Part shown: in pieces, positions 27,576 to 42,270 of the stretch | Layout: every line of letters begins with the position of its first letter | Numbering within the stretch: the first letter of the stretch is position 1 | Assembly: GCF_009914755.1 (NCBI RefSeq) | Contig: NC_060942.1 | DNA: 64,000 bases | DNA from: the human T2T-CHM13v2.0 reference genome, Homo sapiens | Direction: 5' to 3' (one strand) | Translations under genes and position numbers: made by a program | The notes under the pieces: generated by a model | What the model was told of the DNA's origin: nothing | Database searches by the model: none | What the model saw: only the letters and a program-made list of their open reading frames with translations

Positions 27576-28069
27576 AAATATTGATTTTTTTTTATTATTA
27601 TTATACTTTAAGTTTTAGGGTACCTGTGCACAATGTGCCGGTTAGTTACATATGTATACATGTGCCATGCTGGTGTGCTGCACCCATTAACTCGTCATTT
27701 AGCATTAGGTATATCTCCTAATGCTATCCCTCCCCCCTCCCCCCACCCCACAACAGTCCCCAGAGTGTGATGTTCCCCTTCCTGTGTCCATATGTTCTCA
27801 TTGTTCAATTCGCATCTATGAGTGAGAACATGCGGTGATTGGTTTTTTGTCCTTGCGATAGTTTACTGAGAATGATGATTTCCAATTTCATCCATGTCCC
27901 TACAAAGGACATGAACTCATCATTTTTTATGGCTGCATAGTATTCCATGGTGTATATGTGCCACATTTTCTTAATCCAGTCTATCATTGTTGGACATTTG
28001 GGTTGGTTCCAAGTCTTTGCTATTGTGAATAGTGCCACAATAAACATACGTGTGCATGTGTCTTTATAG

Positions 28070-29512
<1,443 letters not shown>

Positions 29513-29974
29513 GAACACTTTTACACTGTTGGTGGGACTGTAAACTAGTTCAACCATTGTGGAAGTCAGTGTGGCGATTCCTCAGGGATCTAGAACTAGA
29601 AATACCATTTGACCCAGCCATCCCATTACTGGGTATATACCCAAAGAACTAGAACTTGGATTTTTATGAGTTTGGGGTGTGAGGAAAAGGAAGAGTTAGG
29701 AAGAAAAAGTGGCATATGATAGTGCCATTTTTAAAGATTACCGAAGGAAATGTGTGTGTGTGTGTCTGTGTGCAGGTGTGTTTATATAGGCTTGTGAAAG
29801 GGGGTGGGGTCTTGCTGAGTTCATTGTTGGGTGTGGTGTAGTATATGAAGTATCTGTGAGGAATCTATATGGATCAAGTGGTAGTCTATGTTGGCCTGGA
29901 GCTTAGGAAAAAAATGGGACTGAAAAATTTAGATTTGCACACCAGTTTTTAAGTTAAAATTTTGGAATTCCAAT

Positions 29975-30304
29975 GTGTTAGTCAAAGTTTTTTTCAAAAG
30001 ATGGGTGTCAGGTAGAAGCTGAACTGCTGGATTTTATTAGGGAAAATAGATGTGTGCGAGAAAATAGGCAGCTACCTCAGGCTGATGGCATAGCCATCAA
30101 ACTGCAAAAAAGGTGGATGCAAGCAACCTAAATTTCTATATGGTCTAAAAAAGTTTGGCAAAGTGATCAGAGAGAACTTGGGCCAGCTTCAGCTATGAGA
30201 GGAGGCCCCATCTCAGTTCTGAGCTGCCGTAGTCTTCGTGCCACACTCCATTATTGACTGGGAGCAAAACTATGAGTGGATTTCAGAGAACAGCAGTTGG
30301 AGCC
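29975..30304 (-). mobile_element. LTR16-like ERVL LTR (putative 3' LTR of decayed provirus)
   Basis: GATTTTATTAGGGAAAAT (AATAAA on minus) and ATTGACTGGGAGCA...GGATTTCAGAG..CAGCAG, in the same layout as the LTR at 35560-36020. Confidence 0.55.
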
Positions 30305-30600
30305 TGTGCTAATTTCCTAAGATGACTGCAACAAATTAACACAAACCGGGTGGCTTCAAATAACAGGTATCTATTATTTTCATAGCTCTGTGGACCAGAA
30401 GTCTGAAATCAGTATCAACTGGGCCAAAATCAAGTTGTCGTCTGGCCGTGCTCCCTCTGGAAGCTCTAGGGGAGAATCTGTTCCCTGCCTCCCCCATCTG
30501 TCAATGTTTCCTTTTTATGTCTGCATCACTCCACTCTCTGCCTTGGTGGTCACATTGCCTCTGCCTTCCTCTCATAAGAATTCGTGTGATGGCATTTAAA
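30305..30600 (-). mobile_element. MLT1C/D LTR fragment (continues at ~31774-31800)
   Basis: CACAAACCGGGTGGCTT...CCAGAAGTCTGAAATCA...GAAGCTCTAGGGGAGAATCTGTTCC. Confidence 0.8.
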
Positions 30601-30680
30601 GCTATTGAGGGTTGAATTTTCCCCAAAATTCATATGTTAAAGCTCTAACCCCCAGTACCTCAGAATGTAACTGTATTTGA

Positions 30681-30932
<252 letters not shown>

Positions 30933-30953
30933 TGAGATAATTAGGTTGGCCCC

Positions 30954-31498
30954 TGTGATGGTTAATATTGAGTGTCAACTTAATTGGATTAAAGGATACA
31001 AAGTATTGTTACTGGGTATGTCTGTGAGGGTATTGCCAAAGGAGATTAAAACTTGAGTCAGTGGACTGGAAGAGGAAGACCCATCCTCAATCTGGGTGGA
31101 CACCATTTAATCAACTGCCACTGCTAGAATAAAATAGGCAGGAGAAGATGGAAGCGCTGACTTGCTGAGTATTCCAGCCTTCATCTTTCTCCCCTGCTGG
31201 ATGCTTCCTGCCCTCGAACATCAGACTTCAAGTTCTTCAGCTTTTGGACTCTTGGACCTACAGTAGTGGTTTGCCAGGGACTCTCAGGTCTATGGCCACA
31301 TGCTGAAAACTGCATTGTCAGCTTCCCTACTTTTGAGGTTTTGAGACTCGGATTAGCCTCCTTCCCCTTCAGCTTGCAGATGGCCTACTGTGGGATTTCA
31401 CCTTGTGATCGTGTGAGTCAATACTTCTTAATATACCCTCCTTTATATAGACATCTATCCTATTAGTTCTGTCCCTCTAGAGAACCCTGACTGATACA
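30954..31498 (+). mobile_element. MLT2A (HERV-L) solo LTR
   Basis: TGTGATGGTTAATATTGAGTGTCAACTT...CTAGAGAACCCTGACTGATACA. Perfect TSD GCCCC at 30949-30953 and 31499-31503. Confidence 0.93.
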
Positions 31499-31799
31499 GC
31501 CCCATATCGAATATAACTTGTTTCTTTTTTATAAGGGGAAATCTGGACACAGACATGCACAGAGGGCACAGCACATGCACCTTGCAAAGACACAAGAGGA
31601 AGACAGCCAACCGTGAGACAGGGAAAGAGGCCTGGAACTGATCTTTGCCCCGTAACCCTCAGAAAGAACCAACCCTATCAGCATCTTAATCTCAGATTTC
31701 TAGCCTGAGAACTGTGAGACAACACATTTCTGTTGAGCCACTTTGTTACAGCATTCATAGCAAGCTAATACAAGGGCCCACCCAGAGAAGCCAAGATGG

Positions 31800-34700
31800 C
31801 ATACCAAGGGTTGTTTCTCATGGGGCAAAATCTTTGCTACCGATGGCATGAACTTATTACAGAATCCCAGGTCTACACTGTGATTCTCCCACTGGAGCTT
31901 GCTGCATTTGTCTCACCACTAATACCTCCAACACTAAGAAAGCGTCATACAGCCCACATGGTAGGGCTGATTGCACCGTGGCCTGGACCTGCTAAAACAA
32001 AACAAAACAACAACAACAAAAAAAAACTACTCCTTCTCTGGATCTCACTTGAAGCTGGTATTGAATCTGGGATTCCTCTATATCACCTGGAATATAGAGA
32101 CAAGAGCAATATTACTCAGTGTGAAACACATTGCTTCCAGAACCCAAAGAGGCTGACCAGTTGCTGTGCTTCTTTCTTTGGTGCAGGAATGCACAATGCA
32201 GCAATTTCTGTTTTGGAGGGTGTATCCCCAAACACCCCTGACCACCAGGCGCTTATGAACTTTGGTCAAGTGACAGGTCCCTGAATCCCTACAGGGCTTG
32301 TCCCTACCCTCTGGAGTATATGCATCTCACCACAGTCTGCAGCATACCAACTACCTCTCACTCCTGTCCAAACAGCACACTTCCTAATGTCAGGGACCAG
32401 CATGGAAAATGGGATGTGCAGGTGGCCCAGGGCTCTTCACTCAGCATTTTGATAGAGAGGAGGAGAGTTAACAGCCCTGAGGAAAAACTAAATGAACATT
32501 GCTGTCTGTCACATATGAATACACACAGATTCTGAACCTATTTCTCTTTGCAGTGAAAAAGAACAGAGTTGCCAATTCAGTGACCACATGCCATGTCCCT
32601 GAGGCATTAGTAATCTGCTCTAATGATGATACTAGATTTGTCAGAGCAGCTATGACCACAGCTACTATTTGCAGGAGTCTACAGTCATTTCCCGGGGTCC
32701 AGCTAGTCTCTGCAGGGGGCATTCTGGGAATTAAATGGAGATATAATAGAGACCACCCACTTGCATCATTTAGATATTTAATGGTGGCATGAATCTCCAC
32801 TACATTCCCCAGGTTAATATATGGGTGTTTTTATTTACTAGATTGAATAAAAAATTAACTGAAGGAGAGCAGTTAAGAGTGCCAATTCAGACATTTCGAT
32901 TTGGCCTTCCTGATTCTGATAGCTCTTACTCCACAGATCAGGACCCCAATGCAGAGGAATCACCAAATGACACTATATCGATTCCAATTATGTACTGAGT
33001 GGCTAGAGAAATAACCAGTGGATACCTTCACACATCTAGTGGGCCCTCTGTGAGCCAGACATTAACCAGGACTCCATTGATTACTTGACTCCCCCAAGGA
33101 CCTCCACTCTCACAGAGAGATTTCATGACACTTTGTATCTGGGTCAATTAAGACTCTGTGTTTAAAAGTCTTAGAAATGTCTGATTATTCCTTTCTATCC
33201 TCAGTGTGCAGCACTTGATTAAATGACTATAGATCCCTTTGGGGAAGGACTGGAGAATTGACAGTCTATATGCTTCGCTTGACATTGTAAACATTCTCCT
33301 ACTAAGGATCTCTTCAGTGGGTTCGAATTCTGAAAAATTGACTCAGACCTAACAATTGCACGGGGCGGAGGGGGCGGGTGTCATAAAGTTTTCTTTGGGT
33401 GCTGTCCTCAAGTCTCCAGATCTTCTCCATCCTTGCACCTTCTTCTACTTTTTTAATTCCTATTTTTCATTGTAAATGGAGAAGTTATAATAATGTATAT
33501 TTATGGGATTCAAAGTGATGTTATGATTCATGAATACAAGGTGGGGTAATTAAAGCAAACTAATTAACCTATCCTTCACCTCAAGTGTGTATGTTTGCAG
33601 TCAGAACATTTAAAATTTACTCTCTTAGGGCTTTTCAAAGGTACAATACATTTTTAACTATGTTCATTACACTTTGCAATATAGGTCAAAAAACAACAAA
33701 AAAAAATTCCTCTTTTCTATTTGAGACTTTGCACCCTTTGGTCACCATGTCCCCATCTCCTCCACATCCCCAGCCTCTGTACTCTCTCCTTCAGTCCAAA
33801 TGTTTTAGATTTCACATGTAAATGACAACATGTGGTATCTGTCTTTCTGTGTCTGGCTTATTTAGCTCAGCATAATGCTTTCCAATTATATCCCTGTTGT
33901 TGCAAATGACTTTTTTTTTTCTTTTTAAGGCTGAATAGTATTTCATTGTGTATCTCCACCACCCTTTCTTTATTCATTTGTTGATGGACACAGGCTAATT
34001 CCATAACTTGGCTGTTGTGAATCATGCTGCAGATATCTCATCAACATACTGACTGATTTCAAATCTTTGCGGTAAATACTCAGAAGTGAGATTGCTGAAT
34101 CATATGGTAATTTCATTTGCAGTTTTTTGAGGTACCTCCATCCAGTTTCCACAGTGACTGTACTAATCTATATATTCTAATATTTTCAATTACAGAGATT
34201 TAGCAGTGCTTTTTAATTTTGGCCCTAGAGATACTATGTCCTATTAATCATCCCTGCAACCCATGGCAGGTTAAGTATGTTGGGCTGATCCTCTTAGCTT
34301 GACAATACTAATTTAATTGTGGCGTCCTTCTATCTGGAAGGTAAATGCCACCATGTGGCTTCTGTTGCTTGAAGTCCCATCATCCCCATGCAGCCTAGCT
34401 TTGTTTTGGCATCATCCCTTTACACCAATACCTTCGAGGTACATTCTGTGGCCTTGGGGAAAAAATTCCTTTGGGAATTTTTTTCTGGCAGATCATCAGG
34501 CCTCACCTAATATATTCATTTCAGCATGTCTACCTCCCTCATCCTCTTCATTTCTTCATTTCTGTCTTATAGGGTAACTCAGTCATTTCCAGTAAGATTG
34601 CCTCACCCTCTGTGGTTCTTGCTTATGTATCCAAGGAAATGCTCCCAAGCCAATAAATTCTTGCTCGCCAGACCTTCATCTGACCTCCTTGGTCAAACAC

Positions 34701-35555
34701 TCTCAGACTTCTCTTCCCAGGGCTCTCCTCAGACTCCATCTGGTACATGCAAAAAACTTTTGAAACTCTTCATGTATATCAACCTTTTCTTCACTTATTA
34801 GGTCCAACATGTGCCCAACAGGGTTATGCTAGAGTCTAACTAATTATCTGCCTGGCAGCCAGGAGGCTTCTGTCATCTTAAGGTAGAGGCTTCTCCAGTA
34901 TCTTCAAACACAATGGATGCGCTAACCTTTTCTGGGGAAGGTGAAGTTTCATGGAGTCAAGGCAGTAGAGTCAGTATCCTCAGGGGCATCTTATTCCAGT
35001 TTAAAGGATTCCAGATTTTTCCTACTAGAGGCCTGAACTTTTAACATCAGACTTATGTTGCTTTCTTATTTAAAAATGTTTTGTGCTATACGGTTCTCAT
35101 AATTAGGCCTTCAGCCTTCCATTTAACTCTGTCTCCATCTTCAGCTACAGCTAATAAGGGCCTCTTTCTATGCTAGCACAGAGGCTCTCTAGCTCTCAGC
35201 CTTAGCCATTGAGCACTTGTTAACAGGCTCTTAGTCTCTCATTATCCTTCTGCAAGGTATCAGTACAACTTGTTCACCAGCCAATTTCTCTATCAGTATA
35301 TGTCTGTATAAGCACTGCTTCCCCATATTTTTCAAATGTCTGTGTCATACCTGCCATAGCATCTGCCTACATCAAGACATTTTCCTAGAACACCTCCAGT
35401 GATATCATTAGCAATTGAGCTGCCGACTTGTGCCAAAAACAATATGTGCCCCACCTAGCAACCAAGACAGTGCCTTATTTCCCTACTATGTAATATAAGA
35501 GCCAGATCCAAATCTAATTTTACCTCATATTTTGCTAAACGACTTCTAGTACCCT
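31800..35555 (-). mobile_element. Decayed ERVL (HERV16/ERV3-16-like) internal region, gag-pro-pol remnants
   Basis: Minus-strand peptides: protease-region GSQVINGVLVNVWLTEGPL (~33050-33100), RT EIHATIKYLNDA...VSSLEQITNASGTWHVVTELA (ORF 32468-32800), and KKEAQQLVSLFGFWKQ (~32130-32180). Leader GGTACTAGAAGT next to the LTR. Confidence 0.8.
33450..34175 (-). mobile_element. L1MA-type 3' fragment inserted in the ERVL
   Basis: AACATTTAAAATTTACTCTCTTAG...TTAAGGCTGAATAGTATTTCATTGTG...TTTTTTGAGGTACCTCCA. ORF 33970-34152 resembles the L1 ORF2 C-terminus (WRYLKKL..LPYDSAI). Confidence 0.85.
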
Positions 35556-35559
35556 CACA

Positions 35560-36020
35560 TTCATCTAGGTCCACTGAGAAACCAATGCCAAGAAAAGACT
35601 AAATATACAATGATTTTATTAAGGAAAATGTCTTTGTATGATCAAATAGAGAAGGCACTGGCTAAGGCTAGGAAACCTGTCAGATCGTGACCCAAGTCTA
35701 AACCTGAGAGAACAAGAATGGAAAAGAAGTTGGGTGTTGAGTATTCCAGGCTGCTGTGAAGTGTAGTGTACAGACAGTTCAAAACCACCAGGGAATTCTT
35801 GCAGCACAGTTGACCATTGGAGAATGCACTTGTCTACCAGGAACAGGTCTGCCTTCTGTAAATACATAGTGCACAGTCACTGGCTGGAAGTAGCTCCTCG
35901 GAAGCATAACTTTGTCACAATGTGAGCTTAGATATTAGAAGCATGGCAATTGTTGTTCTTCATCATTTATGCTCCTTGTAATCAGAAGTTTATGCGGCAC
36001 ATTCTCATGTCCTCCACAAT
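35560..36020 (-). mobile_element. LTR16-family LTR (putative 5' LTR)
   Basis: GAGAAACCAATGCCAAGA...GATTTTATTAAGGAAAATG...GTCAGATCGTGA..CAAGTCT...CAGTCACTGGCTGGAAG. Confidence 0.75.
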
Positions 36021-36724
36021 CAGGAACATCACCAGTTAGATAAATTATCTGAATAAGTAACTTCAGAAATTCCTTGAGGTACAGAACTTTGTAATACAAG
36101 TTGTATTAATGCATGATATGCTAATTAGCTAAGTCCATATGATATATTTGAATAAATAAATGAGTTTGGCCAAGTTAAATCATATATGTTCAAAAGAAGA
36201 ACCCATTGTCCCTCTTTTCTTTTTTTATTACCATCAACCAAATTAAAGTTTTTAATTCCACGCTCAGGGTACTGACTGAAGCAACAAAGTTTCACCCCTT
36301 CAATCCCATGTGTCATGTGAAGTGCCAACAAAATAATCTTTAAAATTAATTGACACGTCACCCTTGTATGAGAAGCATCTTCTGTGTCATGCTAAAAAAT
36401 ATAATCTAAACATGCTACCCCACCCTTTGTAACCTTTATCTCACCCTCTATTCTTTTGAGTCTTGTCATCAATTTCTGACCTTTAGAGAAAATTATATTT
36501 CTTGACATTCTCAGCCCTTTCCCTTTTTCATTTCTAGACTATAGTTGATGCTGTTTAGTCCTTCGAAATGTTATCTCTTCATCATTACTTACTAAAATTT
36601 TACCCAGCCTATAAATCCCACTAAGAGCAATGGCCATGAGGATTTCTCTGATCTCCTCAGATAAAAAAAAAAATCTTGATATCCCCAAACTTGTGGAAAT
36701 TTAATATTCTCCTTGTATATTTTA

Positions 36725-36862
36725 AATGCAGCCCTGTATTGTAGTTGTTTATTTATAAATTGTATAGCCCCCACCTAGATTGCAACCCACAGTTTACAGC
36801 AATGATCATAGACTTCAACACAATGACTTGCCCATGTAGGGGCTCATAAATGTTGGTTAAGT
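36725..36862 (+). mobile_element. L2 3'-end fragment
   Basis: CCCCCACCTAGATTGCAA...CATGTAGGGGCTCATAAATGTTGGTTAA. Confidence 0.5.
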
Positions 36863-37771
36863 TACCTATATAAGAATATATTTGTCTGGTTTTATGTTAG
36901 CTATCCAAAATATGTCCTTGCCATTATTTTCTTAAATTCCCGCCCCCTCCATCAATATACAACAACAAAATAAAACAAAATGAAATTATGCTAATTTAAC
37001 TTTATAAAATCATATTTTAAAAACCTGGTCTTTAAAGCATTAGAAACATTTTATGTAAAATAAAAGCCACCTCTTTTCTTTCCAATCAAATACATATATT
37101 TAAAATCAAGAGATACAAGGCAAAATTTTTATTACTTTTGGCATAATTTTTATTCAAAATAGAATTTCCCTCCTCTACAATGTTTCCTTCATTTTCTTTA
37201 AATTCTGAACAGTGTATAACAGAAGTATTCTTAAATGAAACACTTATGTTCTCCCTTTAAATTAAATCTATGCCATTTTTTGTTGTGCTACTGTATAGTA
37301 TTATGTAGACACTGAAAAGCTGTAAATACCCTTTGAACCATAGAAGTAGAATACACCTCGTATCTCTCCAGCACAGAGGTCTGTGTTGAACAAGAATGAC
37401 AATTTTAGTTTATAATGAAGAGGGAAAAACAATCATTTTCAAAGCATAAACATTCTTAGCTTAAAACATGAATAAAATAAAAAATCTGAAATTCAAACTT
37501 CTTCATAAAAAGCTTCTCTGGCAAAGAGAGAGAAGTTTTATTATTTTCTTTGTATTCCATCAATGAAAAGCCTGAAATTGAAAACAAATCTATAGATTCC
37601 AACTTTTGATTTAACATAGTAATTGCTTATTGTCTTTTACTACTTCTTAACTCTTTTTTTTGGTTTACATTGACAAAAAAAAATTGCAGTAGACTTTCTG
37701 TTTTTCACAACTCTTAAGAATTTGAATTCTTGACAAATATAAGTATGTCCCATTATAAACTGGCTTCAAAT

Positions 37772-38226
37772 GAAGATTAATCAGTTGAATTGTGTTTCCC
37801 CAAAATTCATGTTGAAGTTCTAATCCCCAGAACCTTAGAATGTGACCTTGTTTGGAAATAGTGCGATTGTATAAGAGATGTAGTTAAAATAAGGTCATAC
37901 TATGGAAGAGTAGACTACAAATCCGATATGAGGGATAGCCTCATAAACAAAGAAATTTGGATAAAGACACACACTCAAGAAACACACTGTGAAAATTGGA
38001 GTTATGTTGCCATAAGCCAAGGAATGCCACAGAATGCCAGCCAACTATCATAAGCTAGTAGAGTGGCATGAAAGCAATCCTTCCCTAGTGACTTCAGAGG
38101 AAGCAGGGCCCTGCTAACACTTTGATTTTTAATTTCTCTCTTCTAGAATTGTAGGACAAACATTCCGCTATTTAAGATACTCTGTTTTTGGCTTTTTTTT
38201 ATGGCAACCATAGGAAGTTAATACAA
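37772..38226 (+). mobile_element. MLT1B/C solo LTR
   Basis: GTTGAATTGTGTTTCCCCAAAATTCATGTTGAAGT...AGCCAAGGAATGCCA...ATGGCAACCATAGGAAGTTAATACA. Confidence 0.88.
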
Positions 38227-38330
38227 GGACCTAATGTGAAGTTAACATTTTAAACCTGTTTTACAGTATAAACATAGTCTCAGGAATAATGTCAAATTAT
38301 AAGCAAAATTCCTTTAAAATACTAGAAACT

Positions 38331-38790
<460 letters not shown>

Positions 38791-39044
38791 TTAATCCAGT
38801 TAACGAGCCTAAAGTCAAGTTAGAGTTAGACAGTTTTGCTATACTGCTAAGAATGTTAGGCCAATACATGAAGAGTGACAACAAAGAGTATTTTCCACTC
38901 TTCTCCAACAAACTTACCATTAACTGTAAAGTGGCTCCGAGTAGTGACAAGACAACTAATAATTAAGTATTCTTTAGACTAAGACATTCCTATTATCTAG
39001 TAAATGTGCCATCTTTATGTACATACTGTCTCATGGTAACAGTT

Positions 39045-40420
39045 TACTTGTGAATTTTCTAGTTTTCTTGCTATTGATTTCTAGTTTCATTGCATTGTAG
39101 CTGGAAAAGATATTTTGTATGATTGCCATCTTTTTTTTTAACTTAAGACCTATTTTGTGATCTAGCATCTGTCCAATTGTTCTATACATTATTGAAAGTA
39201 GGAGTTTTGAACTCTCCTATTATGATCACATTGCTATATATTTCTTCCCTCAGTTCCATTAATGTTGGCTTTATAGATTGATGCTCTAATATTGGGTGCA
39301 TATATATTTATAATTGCTATATCTTTTGGTAGATTGATCCTTTTATCATTATGTAAATTCCTTTTTTTGTCTTTTGGGATGGTTTTTGACTCACCCCAGT
39401 GAGTGTTGTCATAATGGCAATGTCGATTTCTTTGTCAGGTAAATCATCTATCTCAATTTCATTATTAGAGTCAGTTTCTGGAGATTCATCTTGTTCCTTT
39501 ATTTAAAACCTATTTTTCTGTTTTGTTTTTTTCATTTTCCTTGACTCCCTGCGTTAGAGTCTACATACTGACAAAGCAAGTGCTTCTCTCAGTCTTCATG
39601 GACTGGTCTCATACATGAGAAGACCCTCATCAATCAGCCTGGCCAGAAATTCTGGAAGCCTCTCAAACCCTTATGTTGGTCCAATCTGCTTTCATTGTTT
39701 GTAGAGGACCCATGGTGTCCATAATATGCCAAGTCCCTTCAGCATTGTGAAACAAACAAGACTGGAGCTGGGGTGTGTGGGCGTTCAACACTTTGCTCTG
39801 CACTGAGCTGGTGGGATGAGCTGTGGTGACTAGTTGTGTGCTAAATAAAACAGTAATCTTTGTTCTCACTGAACCCCAGGTGGTTAGAATATGCCAAGTC
39901 TCTAAGACAAACAAGATAGAAGACAATCCTTTGGGGAGCCCCTGGAAAAGTTGGGGCATTGGATGTGTGGTCCAACTGTTTCCCTCCCCAGGGAAAATCT
40001 TGGAGCTGAGTTTTATAAAGTCCACTTACTCTGCATCAAGCCAGGTGAAAGGAGTTATGGCTAGTGCCCACATGCTAGTTCACACTGACATTTTGTTCTC
40101 TGTAGTTCCCAAAGGATGGATATATGCTGGCCCTGTCAGCTCTCTGACTCAGGCAATACAGAAACCAGCCCCTCAGATAGGAGCCAGAAATGTCTGGATG
40201 CTAGATGTGTGATTCATCTCCTGCAGTCCTCAGAAATAATCTGGGATCTGAGGGTTTCCTTCTGGTTGTATAGCACTGTGCCAGCGGTGGGATTATGGTA
40301 GGGGTCTCTTTTTCCTACAGGTTTTGATATGGCTGGATTCATATTCTGGAGTGCAAGAGCCTTTCAACTAGTTTCTGAATTTCTCATAAAGGGAATTGAT
40401 CCTGTGATGCTGTCAAATGG
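39045..40420 (-). mobile_element. Ancient L1M fragments (ORF2 endonuclease region and 5' region)
   Basis: TTGATTTCTAGTTTCATTGCATTGT, ATTGGGTGCATATATATTTATAATTG, TTGATCCTTTTATCATTATGTAA. The 5'UTR-like assignment of the right part is less certain. Confidence 0.65.
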
Positions 40421-40649
40421 ATCTGTCTGTCAACAGTTCCCTGGTGATCTAATATTAGTTTGCCTAGAAAGGAAATAATATCATATGCTCTCCTGTGTTC
40501 TTCAGTGCCTGATGAACATAGAGACAATTCCTAACAACATACTCTTTATATTCACAGACAGGAGCACTGGGACTCTAAAAATTTTTCTCTTTTATTTTCT
40601 CCATAGAAGAAAATAGACTGCCAGCTCTCTTAAGTAGGAAGTGAGACTT

Positions 40650-41008
40650 TGATATGGTTTGGCTGTGTCCCCACCCAAATCTCATCTTGAATTGTAGTTC
40701 CCATAATGCCCACGTGTTGTGGGATGTACCCAGTGGGAGATACTCAAATCATGGGGGTGGGTTTTTCCTGAGCTGTTCTCGTGATCAAGTTTCTTGGGAT
40801 CTGATGGTTTTATAAAGGGCAGTTACCCTGCACACAAATTCTTGCCTGCTGCTATGTGAGATGTGCCTTTGCTCTGCCTTCACCTTCCACCATGATTGTG
40901 AGGCCTCCCCAGCCAAGTGTAACTGTGGGTCCATTAAACTTCTTTTTCTTTATAAATTACCCAGTCTCGGGTATATCATTATTAGCAATGTGAGAATGGA
41001 CTAATACA
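40650..41008 (+). mobile_element. THE1D/MSTA-type MaLR solo LTR
   Basis: TGATATGGTTTGGCTGTGTCCCCACCCAAATCTCATCTTGAATTG...GGACTAATACA. Perfect TSD GACTT at 40645-40649 and 41009-41013. Confidence 0.95.
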
Positions 41009-41722
41009 GACTTCTATCTGCTCACTAAGAACCATTTTTGCACTAACCATGGCCACCTTTGTAGAGCTCAGTACCAAAGACAAGATGGCCATCATAGGCC
41101 TGGAGACCTGGAAGTCTCCTCCAGGCAAAGTTGAAGAAACTATGAAGGTGGCCCTTGATGTGAGATATTGCCACATTGACTGTGCCTGTCTATGTGAGAA
41201 TGAAGATGAGGTGGGGAAGCCATCCAGGAGAAGATCCAAGAGAAGACTGTCAAACAGGAGTACCGCTTTATCATTAGCAAGTTGAGGCTCACCTTCTTTG
41301 AGAGACCCCTTGTTAAGGAGGCCTGTCAGAAGATCCACAGGTACCTGAAACTGAACTACCTGGACATCTGTTTTATTCGCTGGACACAGGGATTCCAGCC
41401 TGGGCAGTAGTTTCTCCCCAAAGATGATAAAGGTAATGTCATCAGCATTAAAGCATTCTTTGTTGCTTGGGAGGCCATGAAGGAGGTGGTGGACAAAGGG
41501 CTGGTGAATGTTCTCTAACTTCAATTACTTCCAGAGACTCTGGAACAAACCTGGACTGAAATATAAAGCAGTAACTAACCAGGTTGACTTATCTAACGCA
41601 AGAGAAACTGATCCAGTCCTGCCACTCCAAGGGCATCAACTGTTACAGCCTACAGCCCCCTAGCTTCTCCAGATAGACCTTGGGCCAAGCCAAAAGACTA
41701 AGGAGATTGCTGCAAGCACAAA

Positions 41723-41761
<39 letters not shown>

Positions 41762-42270
41762 AAAGCCCAGGTTCTGATCCATTTCCAAATCCAGAGGAAT
41801 GTGGTTGTGATCCCCAAGTCAGTGTGCATTGTTGAGAATTTTCAGGTATTTGACTTTAAGTGATGTGTAGTTGATAACCACATTCAACTTGAACAGAAAC
41901 TGGAGGGCCTGAGACATAAGCCAATCCTCTCACTTGGAGGACAGTCCCTTCAATGCGTAAGATTGAGGCTGAATCTCCTGAAGAGGTTGTGTGGTGTGTT
42001 CTCTCTCCGTGCTGAAGAGTGACCATCTCCACTTGAGTCCTATTTTAGCCAAACTTATGTGAAATCACACTGAGCCTGGCCCTGTTGTAGGCCTGAGGCA
42101 TTGTTCTATCTATTTCCCTATGTTCAGCTAGGAGCAGATTATCACAGAAAAGGATGACTTGAACAAGCAAATGACAATTTCTTCCCACTTATCTGATCGG
42201 AACAAATGTTTATTAAACAGCAAAAACTCTGCCAACACTGATAATGTAAAGATAAATGACTAAAAAATAA
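41009..42270 (+). pseudogene. AKR1B10: Processed pseudogene of aldo-keto reductase AKR1B10 (AKR1B10/AKR1B15 lineage)
   Basis: Intronless. ATG at 41049 reads [28 protein letters not shown]. Later [45 protein letters not shown]-equivalent ends near 41966, followed by 3'UTR and an A-rich end. Frameshifts (first near 41215), deletions and a microsatellite disable it. Confidence 0.93.
41720..41764. repeat. (AAAT)n microsatellite inside the pseudogene CDS
   Basis: About 10 perfect AAAT units. Confidence 0.95.

Noticed and set aside
31796-32284. 162-aa plus-strand ORF
   Set aside because: It is antisense to ERVL pol remnants and crosses an A-rich simple repeat.
40982-41524. 180-aa minus-strand ORF
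   Set aside because: It is the antisense shadow of the AKR1B10 pseudogene running into the LTR, with no recognisable protein features.
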